Shown one piece after another: positions 26,015-34,553 of a stretch of 49,477 nucleotides of DNA (its first letter is position 1; each line of letters begins with the position of its first letter). Made by a program: the position numbers and the translations under genes. The DNA lies in IMG/VR virus record IMGVR_UViG_3300013947_000375, positions 1 to 49,477 of that record, one strand, 5' to 3'. Source of the DNA: a virus. Under the pieces are notes generated by a model that made no database searches, was not told where the DNA came from, and saw only the letters and a program-made list of their open reading frames with translations.

Positions 26015-26164
26015 ATGGCTAAACAAACGATAGTGGTAACTAGGACTACTAGAACCCGGTCTTCCTCTCACCCCTCTAAGTCTAATACCCCTAAAAACTC
26101 TAAACCCAAGGATAGTTCTCATCCCCGCTGCCCCACCTGTGGTCGATATGTGAATAAACCCTAG
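26015..26164 (+). CDS. small basic protein (49 aa, below the ORF-track cutoff) with C-terminal CPTCG motif
   Basis: translated by hand: MAKQTIVVTRTTRTRSSSHPSKSNTPKNSKPKDSSHPRCPTCGRYVNKP; G-rich SD upstream. Confidence 0.45.
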   Translation: MAKQTIVVTRTTRTRSSSHPSKSNTPKNSKPKDSSHPRCPTCGRYVNKP

Positions 26165-26176
26165 GGGGAATTCTCT

Positions 26177-26407
26177 ATGACTGAACATGTGGAAACCCGA
26201 AATAAACTTAGAAGTATAGTAGAGATACAAACCTTTTCTGATTTGTTAAATCGCTGTATACTATCTGAAGAAGATAAGCAGATTATGGAGCTCCATTATC
26301 TTCATGATAAGGACCTTCGTTATATTGCGGATTTTCTCGGATATAGTGAGGGAACCATCAAGAAAAGACATAGGAAGATCCTAAAGAAGCTAAAACAAAT
26401 ACTATAA
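26177..26407 (+). CDS. sigma-70 region-4-like HTH protein (76 aa, region 4 only)
   Basis: LSEEDKQIMELHYLHDKDLRYIADFLGYSEGTIKKRHRKILKKL matches the sigma region 4.2 / LuxR-type HTH pattern. Confidence 0.6.
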   Translation: MTEHVETRNKLRSIVEIQTFSDLLNRCILSEEDKQIMELHYLHDKDLRYIADFLGYSEGTIKKRHRKILKKLKQIL

Positions 26408-26410
26408 TCT

Positions 26411-26448
26411 AAAGGCCTCTAGTACATTTGTGCTAGGGGCCTTTTTTG
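26411..26448 (+). terminator. intrinsic terminator
   Basis: GGCCTCTAG...CTAGGGGCC stem followed by TTTTTTG. Confidence 0.8.
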
Positions 26449-26491
26449 TTGAGTTCTTTTCTAGACTTATGAAAGACCTTGTGTAGACCAC

Positions 26492-26520
26492 TTTTCATTC
26501 CCTTTCTGGTACAATATAAT
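26492..26520 (+). promoter_or_regulatory. sigma-A-type promoter for the accessory cassette
   Basis: TTTTCA, 17-nt spacer, TATAAT (26515-26520). Confidence 0.5.
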
Positions 26521-26546
26521 TACAAAGGAAAAGGGGGATTCAAGCT

Positions 26547-27260
26547 ATGTTCGGACAACCAGGATATACTCCTTATAATGGGTATATTAACCCTATGGCC
26601 CCAGCCCAGCAAAGACTAGCTCAAATGGAGGCTCAGTACCCTCAATTCTCCCAGGGTGGTGTAACCCCATGCCCCCAGGTAGGTGGTCCTCTAACTACTC
26701 CTCAGGGCTCCCAAACAGGTTTTATAAAGGGGAGGGTAGTTACCTCTATTGATGAAGTAAAGGGAGCTATGATTGATCTGGATGGGGGGATTCATGTCTT
26801 TACCGACTTTGGTAACCACAAGATCTATACCAAGCAAATTAATCTAGATGGAACAGCTACCATCAATACCTATGTTCTCGAAACACCTGCCCCTGTGAAA
26901 GAGGTGGAGACCGTAAATAAGGAAGAGTTTAACTCTGTGGTTCAAAGTGGGTGCTCCCTTACCCTAAATACAGCTAGCATTCGGGTGAACAAGTCTGGCC
27001 TATATCACCTTTCTGCTGATGTCACCTATACCCCCACAGCAGCTGGAGTGGCCATCATCCAACTCTACAAGGATGGAGTTGCCCTTCCCTGTGCTATCAG
27101 TCAAAGAACGGTTACTGCTGGAACAGTATACACCGACCATATCGAAACTGACCTATGCCTTACTACCTGCTGTGTGAATCGCCCCCTCATTACTCTAGAC
27201 ATTAGTGGGGTGGCTGGTACAGTCAACCATACCTGTGTAGGGATGGTCAAACTAGCTTAA
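26547..27260 (+). CDS. protein with Q/P/Y-rich N-terminus and possible BclA-C / C1q-like C-terminal domain
   Basis: C-terminal pattern NKSGLYHLSADVTYTPTAAGVAIIQLYKDGVALP...VGMVKLA resembles the BclA C-terminal jelly roll (by eye, weak). Confidence 0.35.
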   Translation: MFGQPGYTPYNGYINPMAPAQQRLAQMEAQYPQFSQGGVTPCPQVGGPLTTPQGSQTGFIKGRVVTSIDEVKGAMIDLDGGIHVFTDFGNHKIYTKQINLDGTATINTYVLETPAPVKEVETVNKEEFNSVVQSGCSLTLNTASIRVNKSGLYHLSADVTYTPTAAGVAIIQLYKDGVALPCAISQRTVTAGTVYTDHIETDLCLTTCCVNRPLITLDISGVAGTVNHTCVGMVKLA

Positions 27261-27276
27261 GTAAGGGGGTTTTCTG

Positions 27277-27876
27277 ATGGGAATGGATTCTAAGGCCCTG
27301 GGGGAAATGACCCATGAGGATATTTTTAGGGCTATACACGATCATCAAATTACAGCCCTTATGTTTCATTCTCAAATGGCTGACCTCTTTGACTTCCTGG
27401 GTCTCATGGGATTCAAGAGAATGCATGAATACCAATACTTTTCCGAATCGATTGAACATAGGGGGTTATGTCGATATTACATCAACCATCATAATAAACT
27501 CCTGGTCGGGGGACAACCCCAGGAACCCGAAGTCCTACCCACTGAGTGGGGACAATACACTCGATTCGATGTAACTCCCCAGGTTAGAAGACAAACTGTG
27601 GAGAAGGCTTTTAAAGAGTATCAGGAAGGGGAATCTAATACTAAGAAGCTCTATTCCCAATATGTCATAGCTCTTATTGATCTTGGTTACGTGGCGGATT
27701 CCAACAGGATTTGTAACCTAGTATCTGATGTGGATATAGAGCTTAAGTACCTGGATAGACTATACCTTAAACTTAAAGCCATATCCTTTGATGCTGTGGG
27801 AGTTATGGATATGCAAGAAGAACTCCATGAATATTATCGAGAGAAGACTAAGTCTCTCGGTATAGATATTCATTAA
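27277..27876 (+). CDS. possible ferritin-like four-helix-bundle protein
   Basis: LGLMGFKRMHEYQYFSESIEHRGLCRYYINHH resembles ferritin helix B (E..H); helical throughout; weak. Confidence 0.3.
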   Translation: MGMDSKALGEMTHEDIFRAIHDHQITALMFHSQMADLFDFLGLMGFKRMHEYQYFSESIEHRGLCRYYINHHNKLLVGGQPQEPEVLPTEWGQYTRFDVTPQVRRQTVEKAFKEYQEGESNTKKLYSQYVIALIDLGYVADSNRICNLVSDVDIELKYLDRLYLKLKAISFDAVGVMDMQEELHEYYREKTKSLGIDIH

Positions 27877-27915
27877 AAAAGGTCCCCACCCTTAAGTGGA
27901 TGGGGACCTTTTCTT
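27875..27915. terminator. bidirectional intrinsic terminator at the convergence point of the two arms
   Basis: GGTCCCCA (27881-27888) / TGGGGACC (27901-27908) stem flanked by an A-run on the left and a T-run on the right. Confidence 0.85.
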
Positions 27916-27917
27916 GT

Positions 27918-28346
27918 TTACTTAGTATGGGCCTTCAGGATGGATCTAGCCAGTTCCAGCTCAGACTTATGAAGATCCTTATCCCATTCCCAGCGGTTAC
28001 CCCCAAAGGGACGGGCAGCAGTTTCGTTTCTAAGAAGCCTTCTGGCTTTGGCAGTTTTCATATGGAACTCAGAAGCCAGTTCCTTCAGGGTAATCAGATT
28101 CTCCTCATTCTTTTCTACCTTAGGAGCTTTAGTCTTCTGGACCTTCTCCTTTAACTCCTTCTGATACTCCTCATTAGCTTTCTTAACAGCAGCTTCATCT
28201 TCCTGAGTCAGCTGAATATTAGTCAGCTCAGTGAGAAGGTCAGCCTTCTTCATGTTCCACCAGGACTTTACCTGGAACTCTTTAGCGAGGGTCTGCAGGT
28301 TCTTGAGGTTCAGGGTCTCCAGATTGATGTTAGTCAGATTAATCAT
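27918..28346 (-). CDS. hypothetical protein with HeH-like N-region and KAR+LLR...W.W C-terminal motif
   Basis: strong SD; LQTLAKEFQVKSWWNMKKADLLTEL; C-terminal KTAKARRLLRNETAARPFGGNRWEW. Confidence 0.7.
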   Translation of the reverse strand: MINLTNINLETLNLKNLQTLAKEFQVKSWWNMKKADLLTELTNIQLTQEDEAAVKKANEEYQKELKEKVQKTKAPKVEKNEENLITLKELASEFHMKTAKARRLLRNETAARPFGGNRWEWDKDLHKSELELARSILKAHTK

Positions 28347-28378
28347 TTTGTATTCCTCCTTAAGATTTTCAGTTGGTA
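28344..28378 (-). repeat. 35-nt leader/SD/start block identical to 46807-46841
   Basis: CATTTTGTATTCCTCCTTAAGATTTTCAGTTGGTA on the plus strand at both sites; 29272-29287 shares the first 16 nt. Confidence 0.85.
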
Positions 28379-28403
28379 AAGTGTATTGTTTGATTACAGT
28401 TAC

Positions 28404-28432
28404 ACTATAAGAGATTTCTAGATACTTGTAAA
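28404..28432 (-). promoter_or_regulatory. early promoter
   Basis: minus strand TTTACA, N17, TATAGT. Confidence 0.7.
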
Positions 28433-28440
28433 TGGGTAAA

Positions 28441-28890
28441 TTAAAGATTTTTCAAAAACTTTTTAATTGATCTAGCATCTTTCTTATTGGGCCATTTCCA
28501 AGTTCCATTTGGGGGCCGCTTACCTTTAGCCCTAAGAAGCTTTCTAGCCTTAGAAGGATCCATCCCAATTTCTCCACAAAGGTCGAGTAAGGTATACTCC
28601 TTGGTAATTTCTGGGGTTAGTTTCTGAACTCTAGCCCTTCTTCCTGAGACTGGGGCTCTTACCCGGATTGGCTCTCTCCGAAGAAGCTCCCTTTCCTCCC
28701 ACCTCATCTCCTGTGGAATGGTTATCTCTGAGTCTTGTACAGGTCCCAAACTGGGAATAAAAAATTTCTTCAAGGTGGATTGACCACAGTATCTTACATA
28801 AGGAAAGCAAGACAGGTATGGATGTTCAGACCCATGGTCTTCCATAACCTGATAAACTCTCTTAGAGTATTTATGCTTTACATATTCCAT
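28441..28890 (-). CDS. hypothetical protein; C-terminus paralogous to that of 27918-28346
   Basis: C-terminal DPSKARKLLRAKGKRPPNGTWKW. Confidence 0.7.
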   Translation of the reverse strand: MEYVKHKYSKRVYQVMEDHGSEHPYLSCFPYVRYCGQSTLKKFFIPSLGPVQDSEITIPQEMRWEERELLRREPIRVRAPVSGRRARVQKLTPEITKEYTLLDLCGEIGMDPSKARKLLRAKGKRPPNGTWKWPNKKDARSIKKFLKNL

Positions 28891-28912
28891 AGATTACTAC
28901 CTCCTTAAGTAT

Positions 28913-28941
28913 ATTATACCATAAAGAAGACCCCCAGTAAA
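28913..28941 (-). promoter_or_regulatory. early promoter with its -35 inside a terminator loop
   Basis: minus strand TTTACT, N17, TATAAT. Confidence 0.6.
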
Positions 28942-28950
28942 TGGGGGCCT
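28925..28950 (-). terminator. intrinsic terminator after 28957-29274
   Basis: minus strand GGCCCCC-ATTTACT-GGGGGTC, then a T-rich tract. Confidence 0.6.
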
Positions 28951-28956
28951 TTCTTG

Positions 28957-29274
28957 TTATTTGAGGAAGGGAAGGGCTACCATTGGACTCCAGAGTTCGA
29001 TATATTGCTTTTTCTCCTTATCCCAGATTCTGAAGGCCCAGTAGGGAACCTGGTCAGAGTCAGCCAGTCGAATGAAGTGAGCCTCCCAGGTGTCTAGTTC
29101 GAAAACCTCAGCTTTGGAGAATTCCCGATAGGTTCTGAGAATAAACTTACCAGATACCTTTACTTTGGATTTGAGTTCCCCCTGGTAAAGCCCCAGGCCC
29201 AGAGTAGAGAAGCATTCCAGATCGTTGAGTTCCTCGGTGGTGAGCTTCTGAAGAGTGGTGTTAGAAATCTTCAT
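28957..29274 (-). CDS. hypothetical protein (105 aa)
   Basis: ORF with SD and its own promoter. Confidence 0.7.
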   Translation of the reverse strand: MKISNTTLQKLTTEELNDLECFSTLGLGLYQGELKSKVKVSGKFILRTYREFSKAEVFELDTWEAHFIRLADSDQVPYWAFRIWDKEKKQYIELWSPMVALPFLK

Positions 29275-29316
29275 TTTGTATTCCTCCCAAAAAGTGTTGT
29301 TGTTTAGTATGGTTAT

Positions 29317-29345
29317 AATATATCACACTCTCAGGAGTTTGTAAA
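29317..29345 (-). promoter_or_regulatory. early promoter
   Basis: minus strand TTTACA, N17, TGA-TATATT (extended -10). Confidence 0.65.
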
Positions 29346-29353
29346 TGGGTAAA

Positions 29354-30901
29354 TCAAGATTTTTTCCAGAGGTTCTTCATAAGCTTGGTCTTGACTCTGA
29401 TGTTTTCGGCTATATCTTCATCTACGGTTCCCTCACACATCAGAACCACAACTTCCATTCGGTTCTTTTGGCCAGGTCTTTTGATTCGGGAGATAGCCTG
29501 CCAATAATCATCCGCACTGTGGTTAGTACTATAGAACATGACCGCATTTGCGGCCTGAAAATTTAGCCCTGTACTTCCCGAGTGTACTTGAAGTATAACT
29601 ATGTCTACCTTTCCCTTTTTGAAATCACTCTCGATCTTTTCCTTATTCCCTGAGTCCCGATAATTCTCAATTCTCTTCTTAGGGAAGGCTTTCTTCAGTT
29701 CCCTTTCTAGTAACCTTATTTCATCTACAAAGTTACAGAACACCACTGTGGGGAGGGTTCTCTCCCTTAGATAGTCTATAGCTAAGTTTAGCTTATCCCT
29801 ACCCATAGGAACTAGCTCCCCACTATCTAGCCTTAAGAATCCCCCCGTAAGTTGATGAAGCCTTATGAGCTTAGTAATTGTTAGGTCACAGGAAGCCACA
29901 TTTAGAAGGGACTCAGCTTTCAGAAGGAGAGATAGGTAATTTTCCCGGGGAGAGTAATCTATGTGGTTCTGCCTCAGAATGACTTTTAGACGACCTCTGG
30001 TGGCCTCTAGGGGTATCTGGGTATATAAGTCCTCATAGAGCTCTCCATACGCCCTCTGGGCATTTTCTGTGAGCTCACAGGTAAGATAGCGAATGTCCAG
30101 GGGGGGAAGGTCAATACAGTTCTCAATCTCCACTCGATAAGAGGTATTAGCTACTATGTCTTTAAGCTCATCTATATTCTGATACCCAACTATCTCTTTT
30201 CCCATATACCCCCCTTTGCGAATATACTGGGACTCGAAGTCTTTATAATCCCCCCCGAAGATCTCAGAATTCATGATCTTGTACTGCATAAATAGGTCTT
30301 CATATCCCTTCCCAATGGGGGTTCCACTCATTAGGAGTCGAGTAGAGCATCCCCTAGTAAGTCGATATATGGCCTTAGAGACCTGGGTATTCCTACCCTT
30401 AATTCTCTGGCTTTCATCCACAATGAGGGACTGTATCTTCATCCTTCTGAGCTCCGGCTCTAGTATCCTAGCTTTCTCATAGTTCACAAGAAGTATCATC
30501 AGGGGAGCCTTATGCCCTCTTACAATGTCCTTCTTTTTGGTTCCTAGTCCTAGTTCCTTAAGCTCGTCTAGGGTCCTTAACTCATAGTCGTATTTTAGAA
30601 AGTCATTGAGTTGATTCACCCAGTTTTTCTTTCCTTTCCCCTTCAGTCTCAGAACCTTGATCTCACTTCGGGAAAGCCAAGCCCACTCCTTAAGCTCCAG
30701 AGTCCAGTTGTAGAGAAGGTTATTGGGGGCAAAAACCACTACTCTATGGAGCCCTAGCCTCTTATACCTCTCCACTGTGGCTCTAATGGCTACTGCCGTT
30801 TTCCCGGTCCCCTGGTCCATAAACAAGGCGAAGAAGGGCTCCTGTAGAACCCTCCTTACGCCTTCTCTTTGGTGGGGATAGAGGTTATTCCTCTTCGCCA
30901 T
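29354..30901 (-). CDS. SNF2-family helicase/ATPase
   Basis: GTGKT Walker A, DESQRIKG (DExx box), helicase C motifs STGLNFQAANAVMFYS and QAISRIKRPGQ; ATG 30901 after GAGGAGGA is preferred over TTG 30931. Confidence 0.85.
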   Translation of the reverse strand: MAKRNNLYPHQREGVRRVLQEPFFALFMDQGTGKTAVAIRATVERYKRLGLHRVVVFAPNNLLYNWTLELKEWAWLSRSEIKVLRLKGKGKKNWVNQLNDFLKYDYELRTLDELKELGLGTKKKDIVRGHKAPLMILLVNYEKARILEPELRRMKIQSLIVDESQRIKGRNTQVSKAIYRLTRGCSTRLLMSGTPIGKGYEDLFMQYKIMNSEIFGGDYKDFESQYIRKGGYMGKEIVGYQNIDELKDIVANTSYRVEIENCIDLPPLDIRYLTCELTENAQRAYGELYEDLYTQIPLEATRGRLKVILRQNHIDYSPRENYLSLLLKAESLLNVASCDLTITKLIRLHQLTGGFLRLDSGELVPMGRDKLNLAIDYLRERTLPTVVFCNFVDEIRLLERELKKAFPKKRIENYRDSGNKEKIESDFKKGKVDIVILQVHSGSTGLNFQAANAVMFYSTNHSADDYWQAISRIKRPGQKNRMEVVVLMCEGTVDEDIAENIRVKTKLMKNLWKKS

Positions 30902-31469
30902 CCTCAGTTTCCTCCTCAGGAACCTCAGCAACAGAGGACTTCAGGGAAGTAATGGCCACAGCTACCTTAGCCTTGGGGAAACTATTGATAGTGGAGATTA
31001 GCTTCTCCCGGTTGGACTTGGGGTGGGCAGTTCCCCCCAGCTCAGAAATGATCTTAATAAGCTGTTTCTTGGTTAGATCATCCAGAGGGCCTTTCTCCTG
31101 GGCCTCAGCTTTTTCGACAGCAGCAGTAGCTTTGTCCTTATCCTTAGACTTCTTCCGCTTCTTCTTAGGCTTCTCCTCAAGAGAAGTAGAGGTAGCTCCC
31201 AGTTCGATGAGGAACATGTTGGAGTAGTTTGCCAGATCGGTTAGAGTGTCCACCAGAGACTCCCCATTGGAATCATCCAGACCAGCTCGAACCAGGGCCT
31301 TTACTCGGTTGAGCTTATCCTCCAGTCGAATAATTGCCACTGTGGGACCATACTCCGAAAAGGTCTTACCGAAGGCATCATCATATTTTTCATTCTTTTC
31401 CGAGTACAGAGCTTCCTGCTGAGAATGCAGAGTCTTTAGAATTTGGAGCTTTTCCTTGGTGCTAGCCAT
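30885..31469 (-). CDS. DUF1599-like (nucleotide-modification-associated helical domain) protein with K-rich linker and HeH-like C-terminus
   Basis: EKNEKYDDAFGKTF...IRLEDKLNRVKAL...ESLVDTLTDLANYSNMFLIEL fits the DUF1599 KN.DYG / DK..R / DL.NY pattern (from memory). Confidence 0.45.
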   Translation of the reverse strand: MASTKEKLQILKTLHSQQEALYSEKNEKYDDAFGKTFSEYGPTVAIIRLEDKLNRVKALVRAGLDDSNGESLVDTLTDLANYSNMFLIELGATSTSLEEKPKKKRKKSKDKDKATAAVEKAEAQEKGPLDDLTKKQLIKIISELGGTAHPKSNREKLISTINSFPKAKVAVAITSLKSSVAEVPEEETEDGEEE

Positions 31470-31768
31470 GTTTTCATTTCCTTTCTTAATTGAATTTTTG
31501 TATCCTCAGGAGAGGTAGACATAAATCCTACCCCCCCGTAAAGATTTATAAGGTTGAGGGTCTTTTGTTGGTTTTTGGTCAGAGTATCCTCCTTCCCAGG
31601 GCATTTAACTTCAATCCCAATGAATCGACCTTGGTGAACCCCCAAAATGTCCGGAAGTCCTACTCTTTGATATGGTCCTCCATGAGTTTTGAAATAAAAC
31701 CCTGGAAAGGAGGTTTTCAGCATATCCAGAATTCTCTTGACCACTAGAGTTTCTGGTTTACTGGCCAA
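31436..31768 (-). CDS. VRR-NUC domain nuclease
   Basis: GLPDILGVHQGRFIGIEVKCPGK (D...E.K catalytic pattern), about 110 aa. Confidence 0.65.
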   Translation of the reverse strand: MASKPETLVVKRILDMLKTSFPGFYFKTHGGPYQRVGLPDILGVHQGRFIGIEVKCPGKEDTLTKNQQKTLNLINLYGGVGFMSTSPEDTKIQLRKEMKTWLAPRKSSKF

Positions 31769-31773
31769 GGGGT

Positions 31774-32541
31774 TTACTCCTCATCGTCCTCTTCTAGCAT
31801 CTCGATGAGGTCATCCTTATCCATCCCCTTCTTGACCTTTAGGCCCCGATTTTTGCACTCAGCCTTCAGTTCGGACAGGGACATCTCTTCGTAGTCCTGC
31901 TCCTCCTCATCATCTTCCTCTTCTTCATCAGAGTCTTCCCCCAGAGCCTCCAGGATATCATCTTCATCGACAGAGTCCATAATGAGATTGATCAGAGCCT
32001 GGGCCTTCTTAGCCTTTTTGATATCGGAGGGGGAAATGTCCAGCTCTTTGGCCAGGTCCTTAAGCTCATCAAGATCCAGCTCAGACAGTTTATCCTCCAC
32101 AGACTCATCGTTGGAATCCTCATCAAATTCCTGGTTCTCCTCGGGATTGTTATACTGGAGGATACGGGCCCGCTTCTTACCCTCATAGGTTTCGTGTCCC
32201 ACCTCCACCTCACAAGTAAGACCAATAAGGTCTCTCAGGTTAAGATCGAAGGCCTTATTGGGGATATCCATCCCCAGAGCCAGGAGTACAGACTTAAGCT
32301 TGAATAGGGCCTGAGGCTGTAGAGAGCAGTTCTCATAGAGCTTAGCCCCCTTGTGGGTTCCCTCAGATACCTCAAATTCGAAAGCGATCATGGGATTACC
32401 GTCCCGAGAATCCTTCTGGGTAACCTCGTTGACTACAACCTCATAGGTACCTTCAGGGATAGCTTTACGGGCCACTTCCACTCCGGAAAGATCCACATTG
32501 ATAGAATTAGAGCTTCTACCCTTTCTAGATTTTGTTGCCAT
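31774..32541 (-). CDS. DUF669-like ssDNA-binding protein with acidic C-terminal region and two HeH motifs
   Basis: IPEGTYEVVVNEVTQKDSRDGNPMIAFEFEVSEG pattern; synteny with a Sak4-like ATPase; ATG 32541 after AAGGAGG (the 32571 start would lie inside the promoter). Confidence 0.5.
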   Translation of the reverse strand: MATKSRKGRSSNSINVDLSGVEVARKAIPEGTYEVVVNEVTQKDSRDGNPMIAFEFEVSEGTHKGAKLYENCSLQPQALFKLKSVLLALGMDIPNKAFDLNLRDLIGLTCEVEVGHETYEGKKRARILQYNNPEENQEFDEDSNDESVEDKLSELDLDELKDLAKELDISPSDIKKAKKAQALINLIMDSVDEDDILEALGEDSDEEEEDDEEEQDYEEMSLSELKAECKNRGLKVKKGMDKDDLIEMLEEDDEE

Positions 32542-32575
32542 GGGAAATACCTCCTTAAATTTTAGGTTCATACTG

Positions 32576-32604
32576 ATTATATCACATATAGAACCCTTTG
32601 TAAA
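32576..32604 (-). promoter_or_regulatory. early promoter
   Basis: minus strand TTTACA, N17, TGA-TATAAT. Confidence 0.7.
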
Positions 32605-33453
32605 TTACTTGCTGGACAGTTTTTTCTTCACAGACCCAGTTTTTTTCTTGATTCCTTTGGCTTCATTCCACTTACCCTTGACCACTTTCATGATATCTTG
32701 ATAGGTGGCATCCACTAGAAACTGAGGACAGGGTGTACCGAAAGGACGGGTAACCTTGGTAATGTAATAGGGGTTAGGTCCCAGTCTCAAACGAAACTCA
32801 ATGTTTCTCCTTACCTTGGCCCCATCCAGCTTTTCCACATTTTCGAATTGATAGGTCTGACCAATTACCCGGGAAGCAGCACATAGGGTACGAGCCACAG
32901 AGGGCATGAGACTGGGTCCTACCTCAGGAAGCAGTTGATCCTCCCCTTCCCCATCCCCAGACTCCATACGGTCCTGGCAGTTAAAGCAAGGGGTAATTCC
33001 CAGGTCGGTTAGCCCTTTATAAAGATTAATAACCTCTTTAAGATAGCCTCCGGCGGTACCATACATGCCCTGGGACATTCGACTCTTACCTTCTTCATCC
33101 ATGACCTTGTCATAGCAAAAATCCTGAAGGGCAGTCATGTGGTCGATTACCACGGATTTAAAGCGGTCGGGATGGTCCTTGATATAGTCATAGAGGTCAT
33201 AGATCTCATCGAACTCCTCTAGCTCGAAGACAGTAATATCCCCAGGCTCTAGGTCTTCCCTCTTACCAGAATCCGTACCCTTATCCTTTATATCGATTAG
33301 GAGCAGGGGTTTGGGTAAGGTACAGGAAATAGTGGTTTTACCCGTACCAGGCCTCCCATACAGAGTAATAATAGTGGGGGTGTCCATATCCAGTAGGTCT
33401 TGAAAGCGTTCTTCTAGTCCTGACCCCTTAGGGGTTTTCTTCTTCGTGGCCAT
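32605..33453 (-). CDS. AAA_24 / Sak4-like RecA-fold ATPase (recombination)
   Basis: Walker A GRPGTGKTT followed by PLLLIDIKDKG; synteny with DUF669. Confidence 0.6.
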   Translation of the reverse strand: MATKKKTPKGSGLEERFQDLLDMDTPTIITLYGRPGTGKTTISCTLPKPLLLIDIKDKGTDSGKREDLEPGDITVFELEEFDEIYDLYDYIKDHPDRFKSVVIDHMTALQDFCYDKVMDEEGKSRMSQGMYGTAGGYLKEVINLYKGLTDLGITPCFNCQDRMESGDGEGEDQLLPEVGPSLMPSVARTLCAASRVIGQTYQFENVEKLDGAKVRRNIEFRLRLGPNPYYITKVTRPFGTPCPQFLVDATYQDIMKVVKGKWNEAKGIKKKTGSVKKKLSSK

Positions 33454-34396
33454 CTGGCCTTCCCTCCTTTTCAGCTATCTCAAATTGTTTTTTACGGATA
33501 AACTCAGTATCAAGCCCCATTAGGTCCGCTTGGCATAGGGGTTTATAATCACACCAAGCACACCCTTTTCCAAGGTTTCTGTCACTAAGTTTATCACCAG
33601 ACTTCATGATCTCCTTAGCAGTGGATTTGAAATCATCCATAATCCCCTTGACCACTGTGGAATTGACCCTTATTGGATAACGCCTAAAATAATCCTCATA
33701 AGAGACTTTGGCCAGTAGATCCTTATAGTCTTCAGGATTTTGACCCATTTCTCTCAGGGCCTTTTTAACTGTATAGGGGGTAGAGTCTATCCCCCTCTTT
33801 GAGACTTTCCCATCCTTAAGAAATTGTGGTCTACCGGGTTCCTTAGCCCGAATAATATCCCACAGAGTACCTTTGGGGGAGTAGCCCATTTCTGCTACTG
33901 CCCAGGTATAGAGAGCTGATTGAGTATTGAGGAGAAGGAAGTCGTAGTCAGGATTTCTCTTGTAGGTTTTGGTCTCTTTAGGCCAAACTGATCCCTTTTC
34001 ATCTTCAACCAGGGCATCCAGGTAACCTTCTATGACCACCCCAGGCATAAGGGGCAGCTCAAAGTGAAGCTCATTTCCTAGATAGATAAGACCATCATTT
34101 TCATAAAGGACTTGATAGTTCTCCATCAGTTCCTCTACCATTCGGGGAATGTCCCCCATTTCTATGATCTCCTCCTTGAAGGTTTCCTCATAGAACTGTT
34201 TAGCGAAGGCCTTATAGGGTTTTCTCCAGGACCTACCCGAATCATAGGCCTCTATGCACTCATGGATGATAGAGCCTCTCCTAAGGGCTATACCCTTTTT
34301 CTTAGGACGAAGTTTAAGACCATACTTGTAATAGTAGGCCCTATGACACTTCCTCCAGGTAGTGACTTTGGAGTTAGACAGCTTCAGTGTTTCCAC
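33428..34396 (-). CDS. PD-(D/E)XK nuclease, Cas4/RecB-like, with C-terminal Cys cluster
   Basis: GYLDALVEDE...ETKTYK motif and CAWCDYKPLC; GTG start. Confidence 0.65.
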   Translation of the reverse strand: METLKLSNSKVTTWRKCHRAYYYKYGLKLRPKKKGIALRRGSIIHECIEAYDSGRSWRKPYKAFAKQFYEETFKEEIIEMGDIPRMVEELMENYQVLYENDGLIYLGNELHFELPLMPGVVIEGYLDALVEDEKGSVWPKETKTYKRNPDYDFLLLNTQSALYTWAVAEMGYSPKGTLWDIIRAKEPGRPQFLKDGKVSKRGIDSTPYTVKKALREMGQNPEDYKDLLAKVSYEDYFRRYPIRVNSTVVKGIMDDFKSTAKEIMKSGDKLSDRNLGKGCAWCDYKPLCQADLMGLDTEFIRKKQFEIAEKEGRPDGHEEENP

Positions 34397-34553
34397 TCTT
34401 CTTCATCCCCTTTTGAGAATGTCTCTTATTCCTGCACTCCGGGCATCTCTTAGGGAGCTTCAACCCCTTATCAAGAAACCATTTTTCATGCTCAGGGGTA
34501 AGAATAAATCCCTGACCACACTCAGTGCAAATCAAAACTTTAGCTTCAGCCAT
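34374..34553 (-). CDS. zinc-ribbon protein (59 aa, below the ORF-track cutoff)
   Basis: translated by hand: MAEAKVLICTECGQGFILTPEHEKWFLDKGLKLPKRCPECRNKR...; AAGGAGG SD; own promoter. Confidence 0.6.
   Translation of the reverse strand: MAEAKVLICTECGQGFILTPEHEKWFLDKGLKLPKRCPECRNKRHSQKGMKKSGNTEAV

Noticed and set aside
30902-30931. TTG 30931 as the SNF2 start, and ATG 32571 as the DUF669-like start
   Set aside because: The internal ATGs (30901 and 32541) are each preceded by strong SD sequences. The 32571 start would lie 5 nt from the -10 box of its own promoter.
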